This document shows, in pieces, positions 1-15,000 of a DNA stretch of 64,000 nt (position 1 is its first letter; the number at the start of each line of letters is the position of its first letter). Made by a program: the position numbers and the translations under genes. The notes under the pieces are model-generated. The model was given only the letters and a program-made list of their open reading frames with translations, made no database searches and had not been told where the DNA came from. Location of the stretch: contig OZ024741.1 of NCBI GenBank assembly GCA_964016885.1, positions 405,542,001 to 405,606,000 on the forward strand, in the 5' to 3' direction. This DNA is from Eledone cirrhosa. Lineage: Eukaryota.

Positions 1-3000
1 GTAGGTACATTACAGTAGATACATTACAGTAGGTACTTTACAGTAGGTACATTACAGTAGGGTACATTAGGTTTAGGTACATTACAGTAGGTACATTATA
101 ATAGGTACATTACAGTAGGGTGCATTACAGTACGGTACATTAGGTTAGGTACATTACAGTAGGTACCTCACAGTAAGTACATTAGGTTAGGTACATTAGG
201 TTAGGTATATTACAGTAGGGTACATTACATTAGGTACATTACAGTAGAGTACGTTACAGTAGGTACATTCAGTTAGGTACATTACAGTAGGGTGCATTAC
301 AGTAGGTTCATTACAGCAGGTACATTAGTTTAGGTACATTACAGTAGGTACATTGGGTTAGGTACATTACAGTAGGGTAAATTAGGTAGGTACATTAAAG
401 TAGGGTACATTACAGTAGTTACATTACAGTAGGTACATTAGGTGAGGTACGTTACACTAGGGTACATTACAGTAGTTACATTACAGTAGGTACATTAGGT
501 GAGGTACGTTACACTAGGGTACATTACAGTACGTACATTACAGTAGGTACATTACCGTAGGGTACATTACAGTAGGTACATTACAGTAGGTACATTACAG
601 TAGGTACATTACAGTAGGGTACATTAGGTTAGGTACATTAGAGTAGGTACATTAGGTTAGGTACATTACAGTAGGTACATTATTGTAGGGTACATTATAG
701 TAGGTACATTACAGTAGGTAATTATGTTAGGTACATTACAGTAGGTACATTACAGTAGGGTACATTACAGGAGGTTCGTTACTGTAGGGTATATTAGATT
801 AGGTACATTACAGTAGGTACATTACAGTAGGTGCATTACTGTAGGGTATATTAGCTTAGGTACATTACAGTAGGAACATTACAGTAGGGTACATTATAGT
901 AGGTACATTACAGTAGGTACATTACAGTAGGGTACGTTACAGTAGGTACATTAGGTTAGGTACATTACAGTAGGTACATTAGGTTAGGTACATTACAGTA
1001 GGTACATTAGCTTAGGTACATTATAGTAGGTACATTACAGTAGGATACATTACACTAGGTACATTACCGTAGGGTACATTAGCTTAGGTACATTATAGTA
1101 GGTACATTACAGTTGGGTACATTACACTAGGTTCATTACTTTGGGTAATTAGGTTAGGTACATTACAGTAGGTACATTACAGTATGGTACATTCCAGTAG
1201 GTGTATTACAATACGGTACATTAGGTTAGGTACTTTACAGTAGGTACATTAGGTTAGGTACATTACAGAGCTACATTACAGTAGGTACATTACAGTAGGT
1301 ACATTAGGTTAGGTATATTACAGCAGGTACCTCACAGTAAGTACATTAGGATAGGTACATTAGGTGAGGTACATTACAGTAGGGTACATTACAGTAGGTA
1401 CTTTAGGTTAGGTACGTTACAGTAGGTACATTACAATAGGTACATTATGTTAGGTACATTACACTAGGGTACATTACAGTAGGTACATTACAGTAGGTAC
1501 ATTACAGTAGGTACATTACAGTAGGTACATTACAGTAGGGTAAATTAGTTTAGGTACATTAGATTAGGTACATCACAGTATGTACATTACAGTAAGTACA
1601 TTAGGTTAGGTACATTACAGTAGGGTACATTAGGTTAGGTACATTACAATAGGTACATTACAGTAGGTACATTAGGTTAGGTACGTTACAGTAGGTACAT
1701 TAGGTTAGATTCATTACAGTAGGTACATACATTACAGTAGGTACATTAAGTTAGGTACATTATAGTAGGTATATTAGTTTAGGTACATTACAGTAGGTAC
1801 AATAGTTTAGGTACATTACAGTAGGAATATTATAGTAGGTACACTATAGTAGCTACATTAAAGTAGATATATTACAGTAGGTGCATTACAGTAGGTACAT
1901 TACAGTAGGTACATTAGGTTAGATACATTACAGTAGGTACATTATAATAGGTACATTACAGTAGGGTGCATTACATTACGGTACATTAGGTTAGGTACAT
2001 TACAGTAGGTACCTCACAGTAAGTACATTAGTTTAGGTACATTAGGTTAGGTATATTACAGTAGGGTACATTACATTAGGTACATTACAGTAGGGTACGT
2101 TACAGTAGGTACATTCAATTAGGTACATTACAGTTGGGTACATTACACTATGTTCATTACAGTGGGTAATTAGGTTAGGTACATTACAGTAGGTACATTA
2201 CAGTATGGTACATTACAGTAGGTGTATTACAGTACGGTACATTAGGTTAGGTACTTTACAGTAGGTACATTAGGTTAGGTACATTACAGAGCTACATTAC
2301 AGTAGGTACATTACAGTAGGTACATTAGGTTAGGTATATTACAGCAAGTACCTCACAGTAAGTGAATTAGGATAGGTACATTAGGTGAGGTACATTACAG
2401 TAGGGTACATTACAGTAGGTACATTAGGTTAGGTACCTTACAGTAGGTACATTACAATAGGTACATTATGTTAGGTACGTTACACTAGGGGACATTACAG
2501 TAAGTACATTACAGTAGGTACATTACAGTAGGTACATTACAGTAGGGTACATTAGTTTAGGTACATTAGATTAGGTACATTAGAGTAGGTACATTACAGT
2601 AGGTACATTAGAGTAGGTACATTACAATAGGGTACATTACAGTAGGTACATTAGGTTAGGTACATTACACTAGGCACTTTACAGTAGGGTACATTACAGC
2701 AGGTTCATTACTGTAGGGTATATTAGCTTAGGTACATTAGAGTAGGTACATTACAGTAGGTGCATTACTGTAGGGTATATTAGTTTAGGTACATTACAGT
2801 AGGAACATTACAGTAGGGTGCATTATAGTAGGTACATTATGTTAGGTACATTACAGTAGGTACATTACAGTAGGGTACATTACAGTAGGTACATTAGGTT
2901 AGGTACATTACACTAAGTACTTTACAGTAGGTACATTGCAGTAGGGTACATTACACTAGGTACATTACAGTAGGTACATTACGGTATGGTACATTACAGT

Positions 3001-6000
3001 AGGTACATTAGGTTAGGTACATTAGCTTAGGTACATTATAGTAGGTACATTACAGTTGGGTACGTTACACTAGGTTCATTACAGCGGGTAATTAGGTTAG
3101 GTATATTACAGTAGCTACATTAAAGTAGATATATTACAGTAGGTGCATTACAGTAGGTACATTACAGTAGGTACATTAGGTTAGATACATTACAGTAGGT
3201 ACATTATAATAGGTACATTACAGTAGGGTGCATTACATTACGGTACATTAGGTTAGGTACATTACAGTAGGTACCTCACAGTAAGTACATTAGTTTAGGT
3301 ACATTAGGTTAGGTATATTACAGTAGGGTACATTACATTAGGTACATTACAGTAGGGTACGTTACAGTAGGTACATTCAGTTAGGTACATTACAGTAGGG
3401 TGCATTACAGTAGGTTCATTACAGCAGGTACATTAGTTTAGGTACATTACAGTAGGTACATTGGGTTAGGTACATTACAGTAGGGTAAATTAGGTAGGTA
3501 CATTAAAGTAGGGTACATTACAGTAGGTACATTACAGTAGTTACATTACAGTAGGTACATTAGGTTGGGTACGTTACACTAGGGTACATTACAGTAGGTA
3601 CATTAGAGTAGGGTACATTAGGTTAGGTACATTAGAGTAGGTACATTACAGTAGGTACATTAGGTTAGGTACATTACAGTAGGTACATTAGTTTAGGTAC
3701 ATTACAGTAGGTACATTAGGTTAGGTACATTACAGTAGGTACATTATTGTAGGGTACATTATAGTAGGTACATTACAGTAGGTAATTAGGTTAGGTACAT
3801 TACAGTAGGTACATTACAGTAGGTACATTACAGTAGGTACATTACAGTAGGGTACATTAGGTTAGGTACATTAGAGTAGGTACATTACAGTAGGTACATT
3901 AGGTTAGGTACATTACAGTAGGTACATTAGGTTAGGTACATTACAATAGGTACATTAGGTTAGGTACATTACAGTAGGTACATTATTGTAGGGTACATTA
4001 TAGTAGGTACATTACAGTAGGTAATTAGGTTAGGTACATTACAGTAGGTACATTACAGTAGGGTACATTACAAGAGGTTCATTACTGTAGGGTATATTAG
4101 ATTATGTACATTACAGTAGGTACATTACAGTAGGTGCATTACTGTAGGGTATATTAGCTTAGGTACATTACAGTAGGAACATTACAGTAGGGTACATTAT
4201 AGTAGGTACATACGATGGGTACATTACAGTAGGTACATTACAGTAGGGTACATTACAGTAGGTACATTAGGTTAGGTACATTACACTAGGTACTTTACAG
4301 TAGGTACATTAGGTTAGGTACATTACAGTAGGGTACATTACAGTAGGTACATTAGTTTGGGTACATTACAGTAAGAATATAATAGTAGGTACACTATAGT
4401 AGCTACATTACAGTAGATATATTACAGTAGGTGCATTACAGTAGGTACATTAGGTTAGGTACATTACAGTAGGTACATTAAAGTAGGTACATTAAAGTAG
4501 GTACATTACAGTAGGTACATTAGGTTAGGTACATGACAGTATGTACATTAGGTTAGGTACATTACAGTAGGTACATTTCAGTATGTACATTACAGTAAGT
4601 ACAGTAGGTTAGGTACATTACTGTGGGTACATTAGGTTAGGTACATTACAGTAGGTACATTAGGTTAGGTACATAACAGTAGGTACATTAAAGTAGGTAC
4701 AGTAGGTTAGGTACATTACAGTAGGTACATTACAGTAGGTACATTACAGTAGGTACATTATAGTAGGGAACATTAGTTTAGGTACATTACAGTAGGTATA
4801 TTACAGTAGATATTTTACAGTAGGGTACATTAGATTAGGTACATTGCAGTAGGTACATTACAGTAGATACATTACAGTAGGTACTTTACAGTAGGTACAT
4901 TACAGTAGGGTACATTAAGTTTAGGTACATTACAGTAGGTACATTATAATAGGTACATTACAGTAGGGTGCATTACAGTACGGTACATTAGGTTAGGTAC
5001 ATTACAGTAGGTACATTAGGTTAGGTACATTACAGTAGGTACATTAGCTTAGGTACATTATAGTAGGTACATTACAGTAGGATACATTACACTAGGTACA
5101 TTACCGTAGGGTACATTAGCTTAGGTACATTATAGTAGGTACATTACAGTTGGGTACATTACACTAGGTTCATTACTTTGGGTAATTAGGTTAGGTACAT
5201 TACAGTAGGTACATTACAGTATGGTACATTCCAGTAGGTGTATTACAATACGGTACATTAGTTTAGGTACTTTACAGTAGGTACATTAGGTTAGGTACAT
5301 TACAGAGCTACATTACAGTAGGTACATTACAGTAGGTACATTAGGTTAGGTATATTACAGCAGGTACCTCACAGTAAGTACATTAGGATAGGTACATTAG
5401 GTGAGGTACATTACAGTAGGGTACATTACAGTAGGTACTTTAGGTTAGGTACGTTACAGTAGGTACATTACAATAGGTACATTATGTTAGGTACATTACA
5501 CTAGGGTACATTACAGTAGGTACATTACAGTAGGTACATTACAGTAGGTACATTACAGTAGGTACATTACAGTAGGGTACATTAGTTTAGGTACATTAGA
5601 TTAGGTACATCACAGTATGTACATTACAGTAAGTACATTAGGTTAGGTACATTACAGTAGGGTACATTAGGTTAGGTACATTACAATAGGTACATTACAG
5701 TAGGTACATTAGGTTAGGTACATTACAGTAGGTACACTACAGTAGGTACATTAGGTTAGGTACGTTACAGTAGGTACATTAGGTTAGATTCATTATAGTA
5801 GGTACATACATTACAGTAGGTACATTAAGTTAGGTACATTATAGTAGGTATATTAGTTTAGGTACATTACAGTAGGTACAATAGTTTAGGTACATTACAG
5901 TAGGAATATTATAGTAGGTACACTATAGTAGCTACATTAAAGTAGATATATTACAGTAGGTGCATTACAGTAGGTACATTACAGTAGGTACATTAGGTTA

Positions 6001-9000
6001 GATACATTACAGTAGGTACATTATAATAGGTACATTACAGTAGGGTGCATTACATTACGGTACATTAGGTTAGGTACATTACAGTAGGTACCTCACAGTA
6101 AGTACATTAGTTTAGGTACATTAGGTTAGGTATATTACAGTAGGGTACATTACATTAGGTACATTACAGTAGGGTACGTTACTGTAGGTACATTCAGTTA
6201 GGTACATTACAGTAGGGTGCATTACAGTAGGTTCATTACAGCAGGTACATTAGTTTAGGTACATTACAGTAGGTACATTGGGTTAGGTACATTACAGTAG
6301 GGTAAATTAGGTAGGTACATTAAAGTAGGGTACATTACAGTAGGTACATTACAGTAGTTACATTACAGTAGGTACATTATGTTGGGTACGTTACACTAGG
6401 GTACATTACAGTAGGTACATTAGAGTAGGGTACATTAGGTTAGGTACATTAGAGTAGGTACATTACAGTAGGTACATTAGGTTAGGTACATTACAGTAGG
6501 TACATTAGTTTAGGTACATTACAGTAGGTACATTAGGTTAGGTACATTACAGTAGGTACATTATTGTAGGGTACATTATAGTAGGTACATTACAGTAGGT
6601 AATTAGGTTAGGTACATTACAGTAGGTACATTACAGTAGGTACATTACAGTAGGGTACATTAGGTTAGGTACATTAGAGTAGGTACATTACAGTAGGTAC
6701 ATTAGGTTAGGTACATTACAGTAGGTACATTAGGTTAGGTACATTACAATAGGTACATTAGGTTAGGTACATTACAGTAGGTACATTATTGTAGGGTACA
6801 TTATAGTAGGTACATTACAGTAGGTAATTAGGTTAGGTACATTACAGTAGGTACATTACAGTAGGGTACATTACAAGAGGTTCATTACTGTAGGGTATAT
6901 TAGATTATGTACATTACAGTAGGTACATTACAGTAGGTGCATTACTGTAGGGTATATTAGCTTAGGTACATTACAGTAGGAACATTACAGTAGGGTACAT
7001 TATAGTAGGTACATACGTTGGGTACATTACAGTAGGTACATTACAGTAGGGTACATTACAGTAGGTACATTAGGTTAGGTACATTACACTAGGTACTTTA
7101 CAGTAGGTACATTAGGTTAGGTACATTACAGTAGGGTACATTACAGTAGGTACTTTAGTTTGGGTACATTACAGTAAGAATATAATAGTAGGTACACTAT
7201 AGTAGCTACATTACAGTAGATATATTACAGTAGGTGCATTACAGTAGGTACATTAGGTTAGGTACATTACAGTAGGTACATTAAAGTAGGTACATTAAAG
7301 TAGGTACATTACAGTAGGTACATTAGGTTAGGTACATGACAGTATGTACATTAGGTTAGGTACATTACAGTAGGTACATTTCAGTATGTACATTACAGTA
7401 AGTACAGTAGGTTAGGTACATTACAGTGGGTACATTAGGTTAGGTACATTACAGTAGGTACATTAGGTTAGGTACATAACAGTAGGTACATTAAAGTAGG
7501 TACAGTAGGTTAGGTACATTACAGTAGGTACATTACAGTAGGTACATTACAGTAGGTACATTATAGTAGGGAACATTAGTTTAGGTACATTACAGTAGGT
7601 ACATTACAGTAGATATTTTACAGTAGGGTACATTAGATTAGGTACATTGCAGTAGGTACATTACAGTAGATACATTACAGTAGGTACTTTACAGTAGGTA
7701 CATTACAGTAGGGTACATTAAGTTTAGGTACATTACAGTAGGTACATTATAATAGGTACATTACAGTAGGGTGCATTACAGTACGGTACATTAGGTTAGG
7801 TACATTACAGTAGGTACCTCACAGTAAGTACATTAGGTTAGGTACATTAGGTTAGGTATATTACAGTAGGGTACATTACATTAGGTACATTACAGTAGGG
7901 TACGTTACAGTAGGTACATTCAGTTAGGTACATTACAGTAGGGTGCATTACAGTAGGTTCATTACAGCAGGTACATTAGTTTAGGTACATTACAGTAGGT
8001 ACATTGGGTTAGGTACATTACAGTAGGGTAAATTAGGTAGGTACATTAAAGTAGGGTACATTACAGTAGTTACATTACAATAGGTACATTAGGTGAGGTA
8101 CGTTAAACTAGGGTACATTACAGTAGTTACATTACAGTAGGTACATTAGGTGAGGTACGTTACACTAGGGTACATTAGAGTACGTACATTACAGTAGGTA
8201 CATTACAGTAGGGTACATTACAGTAGGTACATTACAGTAGGTACATTACAGTAGGGTACATTAGGTTAGGTACATTAGAGTAGGTACATTACAGTAGGTA
8301 CATTAGGTTAGGTACATTACAGTAGGTACATTATTGTAGGGTACATTATAGTAGGTACATTACAGTAGGTAATTATGTTAGGTACATTACAGTAGGTACA
8401 TTACAGTAGGGTACATTACAGGAGGTTCGTTACTGTAGGGTATATTAGATTAGGTACATTACAGTAGGTAAATTACAGTAGGTGCATTACTGTAGGGTAT
8501 ATTAGCTTAGGTACATTACAGTAGGAACATTACAGTAGGGTACATTATAGCAGGTACATTACAGTAGGTACATTACAGTAGGGTACATTACAGTAGGTAC
8601 ATTAGGTTAGGTACATTACAGTAGGTACATTAGGTTAGGTACATTACAGTAGGTACATTAGGTTAGGTACATTACAGTAGGTACACTGCAGTAGGTACAT
8701 TAGGTTAGGTACGTTACAGTAGGTACATTAGGCTAGGTACATTACAGTAGGTACATTAGCTTAGGTACATTATAGTAGGTACATTACAGTAGGATACATT
8801 ACACTAGGTACATTACCGTAGGGTACATTAGCTTAGGTACATTATAGTAGGTACATTACAGTTGGGTACATTACACTAGGTTCATTACAGTGGGTAATTA
8901 GGTTAGGTACATTACAGTAGGTACATTACAGTATGGTACATTCCAGTAGGTGTATTACAATACGGTACATTAGGTTAGGTACTTTACAGTAGGTACATTA

Positions 9001-12000
9001 GGTTAGGTACATTACAGAGCTACATTACAGTAGGTACATTACAGTAGGTACATTAGGTTAGGTATATTACAGCAGGTACCTCACAGTAAGTACATTAGGA
9101 TAGGTACATTAGGTGAGGTACATTACACTAGGGTACATTACAGTAGGTACATTATGTTAGGTACGTTACAGTAGGTACATTACAATAGGTACATTATGTT
9201 AGGTACGTTACACTAGGGTACATTACAGTAGGTACATTACAGTAGGTACATTACAGTAGGTACATTACAGTAGGTACATTACAGTAGGGTACATTAGTTT
9301 AGGTACATTAGATTAGGTACATTACAGTATGTACATTACAGTAAGTACATTAGGTTAGGTACATTACAGTAGGGTACATTAGGTTAGGTACATTACAATA
9401 GGTACATTACAGTAGGTACATTAGGTTAGGTACATTACAGTAGGTACACTACAGTAGGTACATTAGGTTAGGTACGTTACAGTAGGTACATACATTACAG
9501 TAGGTACATTAAGTTAGTTACATTATAGTAGGTATATTAGTTTAGGTACATTACAGTAGGTACATTACAGTAGGTACATTACAGTAGGTACAATAGTTTA
9601 GGTACATTACAGTAGGAATATTATAGTAGGTACACTATAGTAGCTACATTAAAGTAGATATATTACAGTAGGTGCATTACAGTAGGTACATTTCAGTAGG
9701 TACATTAGGTTAGATACATTACAGTAGGTACATTAAAGTAGGTACATTACAGTAGGTACATTAGGTTAGGTACATTACAGTATGTACATTAGGTTAGGTA
9801 CATTACAGTAGGTACATTACAGTATGTACATTACAGTAAGTACATTAGGTTAGGTACATTACAGTAGGGTACATTAGGTTAGGTACATTACAATAGGTAC
9901 ATTACAGTATGTACATTACAGTAAGTACATTAGGTTAGTTACATTACAGTAGGGTGCATTAGGTTAGGTACATTACAATAGGTACATTACACTAGGTTCA
10001 TTACAGTGGGTAATTAGGTTAGGTACATTACAGTAGGTACATTACAGTATGGTACATTACACTAGGTGTATTACAGTATGGTACATTAGGTTAGGTACTT
10101 TACAGTAGGTACATTAGGTTAGGTACATTACAGAGCTACATTACAGTAGGTACATTACAGTAGGTACATTAGGTTAGGTATATTACAGCAGGTACCTCAC
10201 AGTAAGTACATTAGGTTAGGTACATTAGGTGAGGTACATTACAGTAGGTACATTAGGTTAGGTACATTACAGTAGGTACATTAGGTTATGTACGTTACAG
10301 TAGGTACATTACAATAGGTACATTATGTTAGGTACGTTACACTAGGGTACATTACAGTAGGTACATTACAGTAGGTACATTACAGTAGGGACATTACAGT
10401 AGGGTACATTAGGTTAGGTACATTAGATTATGTACATTACAGTAGGTACATTAGTTTAGGTACATTACAGTAGGTACATTAGGTTAGGTACATTACATTA
10501 GGTACTTTACAGTAGGGTACATTACAGTACGGTCATTACTGTAGGTTATATTAGCTTAGGTACATTACAGTAGGTACATTACAGTAGGTGTATTAATGTA
10601 GGGTATATTAGTTTAGGTACATTACAGTAGGAACATTACAGTAGGGTACATTATAGTAGGTACATTACAGTAGGTACATTACAGTAGGTACATTACAGTA
10701 GGGTACATTACAATAGGTACATTAGGTTAGGTACATTACACTAAGTACTTTACAGTAGGTAGATTGCAGTAGGGTACATTACACTAGGTACTTTACAGTA
10801 GGTACATTACAGTATGGTACATTACAGTAGGTACATTATGTTAGGTACATTACACTTGGTACATTACAGTAGGTACATTACAGTAGGTACATTACAGTGG
10901 GTACATTAGATTAGGTACATTACAGTAGGTACATTAGTTTAGGTACATTACAGTAGGTACATTAGGTTAGGTACATTACAGTAGGTACATTACAGTAGAT
11001 ATTTTACAGTAGGGTACATTAGGTTAGGTACATTACAGTAGGTACATTACAGTAGATACATTAGAGTAGGTACTTTACAGTAGGTACATTACAGTAGGGT
11101 ACATTCGGTTTAGGTACATTACAGTAGGTACATTATAATAGGTACATTACAGTAGGGTGCATTACAGTACGGTACATTAGGTTAGGTACATTACAGTAGG
11201 TACCTCACAGTAAGTACATTAGGTTAGGTACATTAGGTTAGGTATATTACAGTAGGTACATTACATTAGGTACACTAAAGTAGGGTACATTCAGTTAGGT
11301 ACATTACAGTAGGGTGCATTACAGTAGGTTCATTACAGCAGGTACATAAGTTTAGGTACATTACAGTAGGTACATTGGGTTAGGTACATTACAGTAGGGT
11401 AAATTAGGTAGGTACATTAAAGTAGGGTACATTACAGTAGGTACATTACAGTAGTTACATTACAGTAGGTACATTAGTTTAGGTACGTTACACTAGGGTA
11501 CATTACAGTAGGTACATTAGGTTAGGTACATTACAGTAGGTACATTAGGTTAGGTACATTACAGTAGGTACATTAGGTTAGGTACATTACAGTAGGTACA
11601 TTAGGTTAGGTACATTACAGTAGGTACATTATTGTAGGGTACATTATAGTAGGTACATTACAGTAGGGTACATTACAGGAGGTTCATTACTGTAGGGTAT
11701 ATTAGATTAGGTACATTACAGTAGGTACATTACAGTAGGTGCATTACTGTAGGGTATATTAGCTTAGGTACATTACAGTAGGAACATTACAGTAGGGTAC
11801 ATTATAGTAGGTACATTAGGTTGGGTACATTACAGTAGGTACATTACAGTAGGTACATTACAGTAGGGTACATTACAGTAGGTACATTAGGTTAGGTACA
11901 TTACAGTAGGGTACATTACAGTAGGTACATCAGTTTAGGTACATTACAGTAGGAATATAATAGTAGGTACACTATAGTAGCTACATTACAGTAGATATAT

Positions 12001-15000
12001 TACAGTAGGTGCATTACTGTAGGAACATTAGGTTATGTACATTACAGTAGGTACATTAAAGTAGGTACATTACAGTAGGTACATTAGGTTAGGAAAAATT
12101 ACAGTATGTACATTAGGCTAGGTACATTACAGTAGGTACATTTTAGTATGTACATTACAGTAAGTACATTAGGATAGGTACATTACAGTGGGTACATTAG
12201 ATTAGGTACATTACAGTAGGTACATTAGGTTAGGTACATTACAGTAGGTACATTAAAGTAGGTACATTAGGTTAGGTACATTACAGTAGGTACATTACAG
12301 TAGGTCCATTACAGTAGGTACATTATAGTAGGGAACATTAGGTTAGGTACATTACAGCAGGTACATTACAGTATATATTTTACAGTAGGGTACATTAGGT
12401 TAGGTACATTACAGTAGGTACATTACAGTAGATACATCACAGTAGGTACTTTACAGTAGGTACATTACAGAAGGGTACATTAGGTTTAGGTACATTACTG
12501 TAGGTACATTATAATAGGTACATTACAGTAGGGTGCATTACAGTACGGTACATTAGGTTAGGTACATTACAGTAGTTACCTCACAGTAAGTACATTAGGT
12601 TAGGTACATTAGGTTAGGTATATTACAGTAGGGTACATTACATTAGGTACATTACAGTAGGGTACGTTACAGTAGGTACATTCAGTTAGGTACATTACAG
12701 TAGGGTGCATTACAGTAGGTTCATTACAGCAGGTACATTAGTTTAGGTACATTACAGTAGGTACATTGGGTTAGGTACATTACAGTAGGGTAAATTAGGT
12801 AGGTACATTAAAGTAGGGTACATTACAGTAGTTACATTACAGTAGGTACATTAGGTGAGGTACGTTACACTAGGGTACATTACAGTAGTTACATTACAGT
12901 AGGTACATTAGGTGAGGTACGTTACAGTAGGTACATTACAGTAGGGTACATTACATTAGGTACATTACAGAAGGTACATTACAGTAGGTACATTACAGTA
13001 GGGTACATTAGGTTAGGTACATTAGAGTAGGTACATTACAGTAGGTACATTAGGTTAGGTACATTACAGTAGGTACATTAGGTTAGGTACATTACAGTAG
13101 GTACATTATTGTAGGGTACATTATAGTAGGTACATTACAGTAGGTTATTATGTTAGGTACATTACAGTAGGTACATTACAGTAGGGTACATTACAGGAGA
13201 TTCGTTACTGTAGGGTATATTAGATTAGGTACATTACAGTAGGTACATTACAGTAGGTGCATTACTGTAGGGTATATTAGCTTAGGTACATTACAGTAGG
13301 AACATTACAGTAGGGTACATTATAGTAGGTACATTACAGTAGGTACATTACAGTAGGGTACATTACAGTAGGTACATTACAGTAGGTACATAGGTTAGGT
13401 ACATTACAGTAGGTACATTAGGTTAGGTACATTACAGTAGGTACACTGCAGTAGGTACATTAGGTTAGGTACGTTACAGTAGGTACATTAGGCTAGGTAC
13501 ATTACAGTAGGTACATTAGCTTAGGTACATTATAGTAGGTACATTACAGTAGGATACATTACACTAGGTACATTACAGTAGGGTACATTAGCTTAGGTAC
13601 ATTATAGTAGGTACATTACAGTTGGGTACATTACACTAGGTTCATTACAGTGGGTAATTAGGTTAGGTACATTACAGCAGGTACATTACAGTATGGTACA
13701 TTCCAGTAGGGTACATTACAATAGGTATATTACAGTAGGGTATATTACAGTATGGTACATTAGGTTAGGTACTTTACAGTAGGTACATTAGGTTAGGTAC
13801 ATTACAGAGCTACATTACAGTAGGTACATTACAGTAGGTACATTAGGTTAGGTATATTACAGCAGGTACCTCACAGTAAGTACATTAGGATAGGTACATT
13901 AGGTGAGGTACATTACAGTAGGGTACATTACAGTAGGTACATTAGGTTAGGTACGTTACAGTAGGTACATTACAATAGGTACATTATGTTAGGTACGTTA
14001 CACTAGGGTACATTACAGTAGGTACATTACAGTAGGTACATTACAGTAGGGTACATTAGTTTAGGTACATTAGATTAGGTACATTACAGTATGTACATTA
14101 CAGTAAGTACATTAGGTTAGGTACATTACAGTAGGGTACATTAGGTTAGGTACATTACAATAGGTACATTACAGTAGGTACATTAGGTTAGGTACATTAC
14201 AGTAGGTACCTCACAGTAAGTACATTAGGTATGTACAGTAGGTACATTAGGTTAGGTACGTTACAGTAGGTACATTAGGTTAGATTCATTACAGTAGGTA
14301 CATACATTACAGTAGGTACATTAAGTTAGGTACATTATAGTAGGTATATTAGTTTAGGTACATTACAGTAGGTACATTACAGTAGGTACAATAGTTTAGG
14401 TACATTACAGTAGGAATCTTATAGTAGGTACACTATAGTAGCTACATTACAGTAGATATATTACAGTAGGTGCATTACAGTAGGTACATTACAGTAGGTA
14501 CATTAGGTTAGGTACATTACAGTAGGTACATTAAAGTAGGTACATTACAGTAGGTACATTAGGTTAGGTACATTACAGTATGTACATTAGGTTAGGTACA
14601 TTACAGTAGGTACATTACAGTATGTACATTACAGTATGTACATTAGGTTAGGTACATTACAGTAGGGTACATTAGGTTAGGTACATTACAATAGGTACAT
14701 TACAGTAGGTACATTAGGTTAGGTACATTACAGTGGGTACATTAGGTTGGGTACATTACAGTAGGTACACTGCAGTAGGTACATTAGGTTAGGTACGTTG
14801 CAGTAGGTACATTAGGCTAGGTACATTACAGTAGGTACATTAGCTTAGGTACTTTATAGTAGGTACATTACAGTAGGATACATTACACTAGGTACATTAC
14901 AGTAGGGTACATTAGCTTAGGTACATTATAGTATGTACATTACAGTTGGGTACATTACACTATGTTCATTACAGTGGGTAATTAGGTTAGGTACATTACA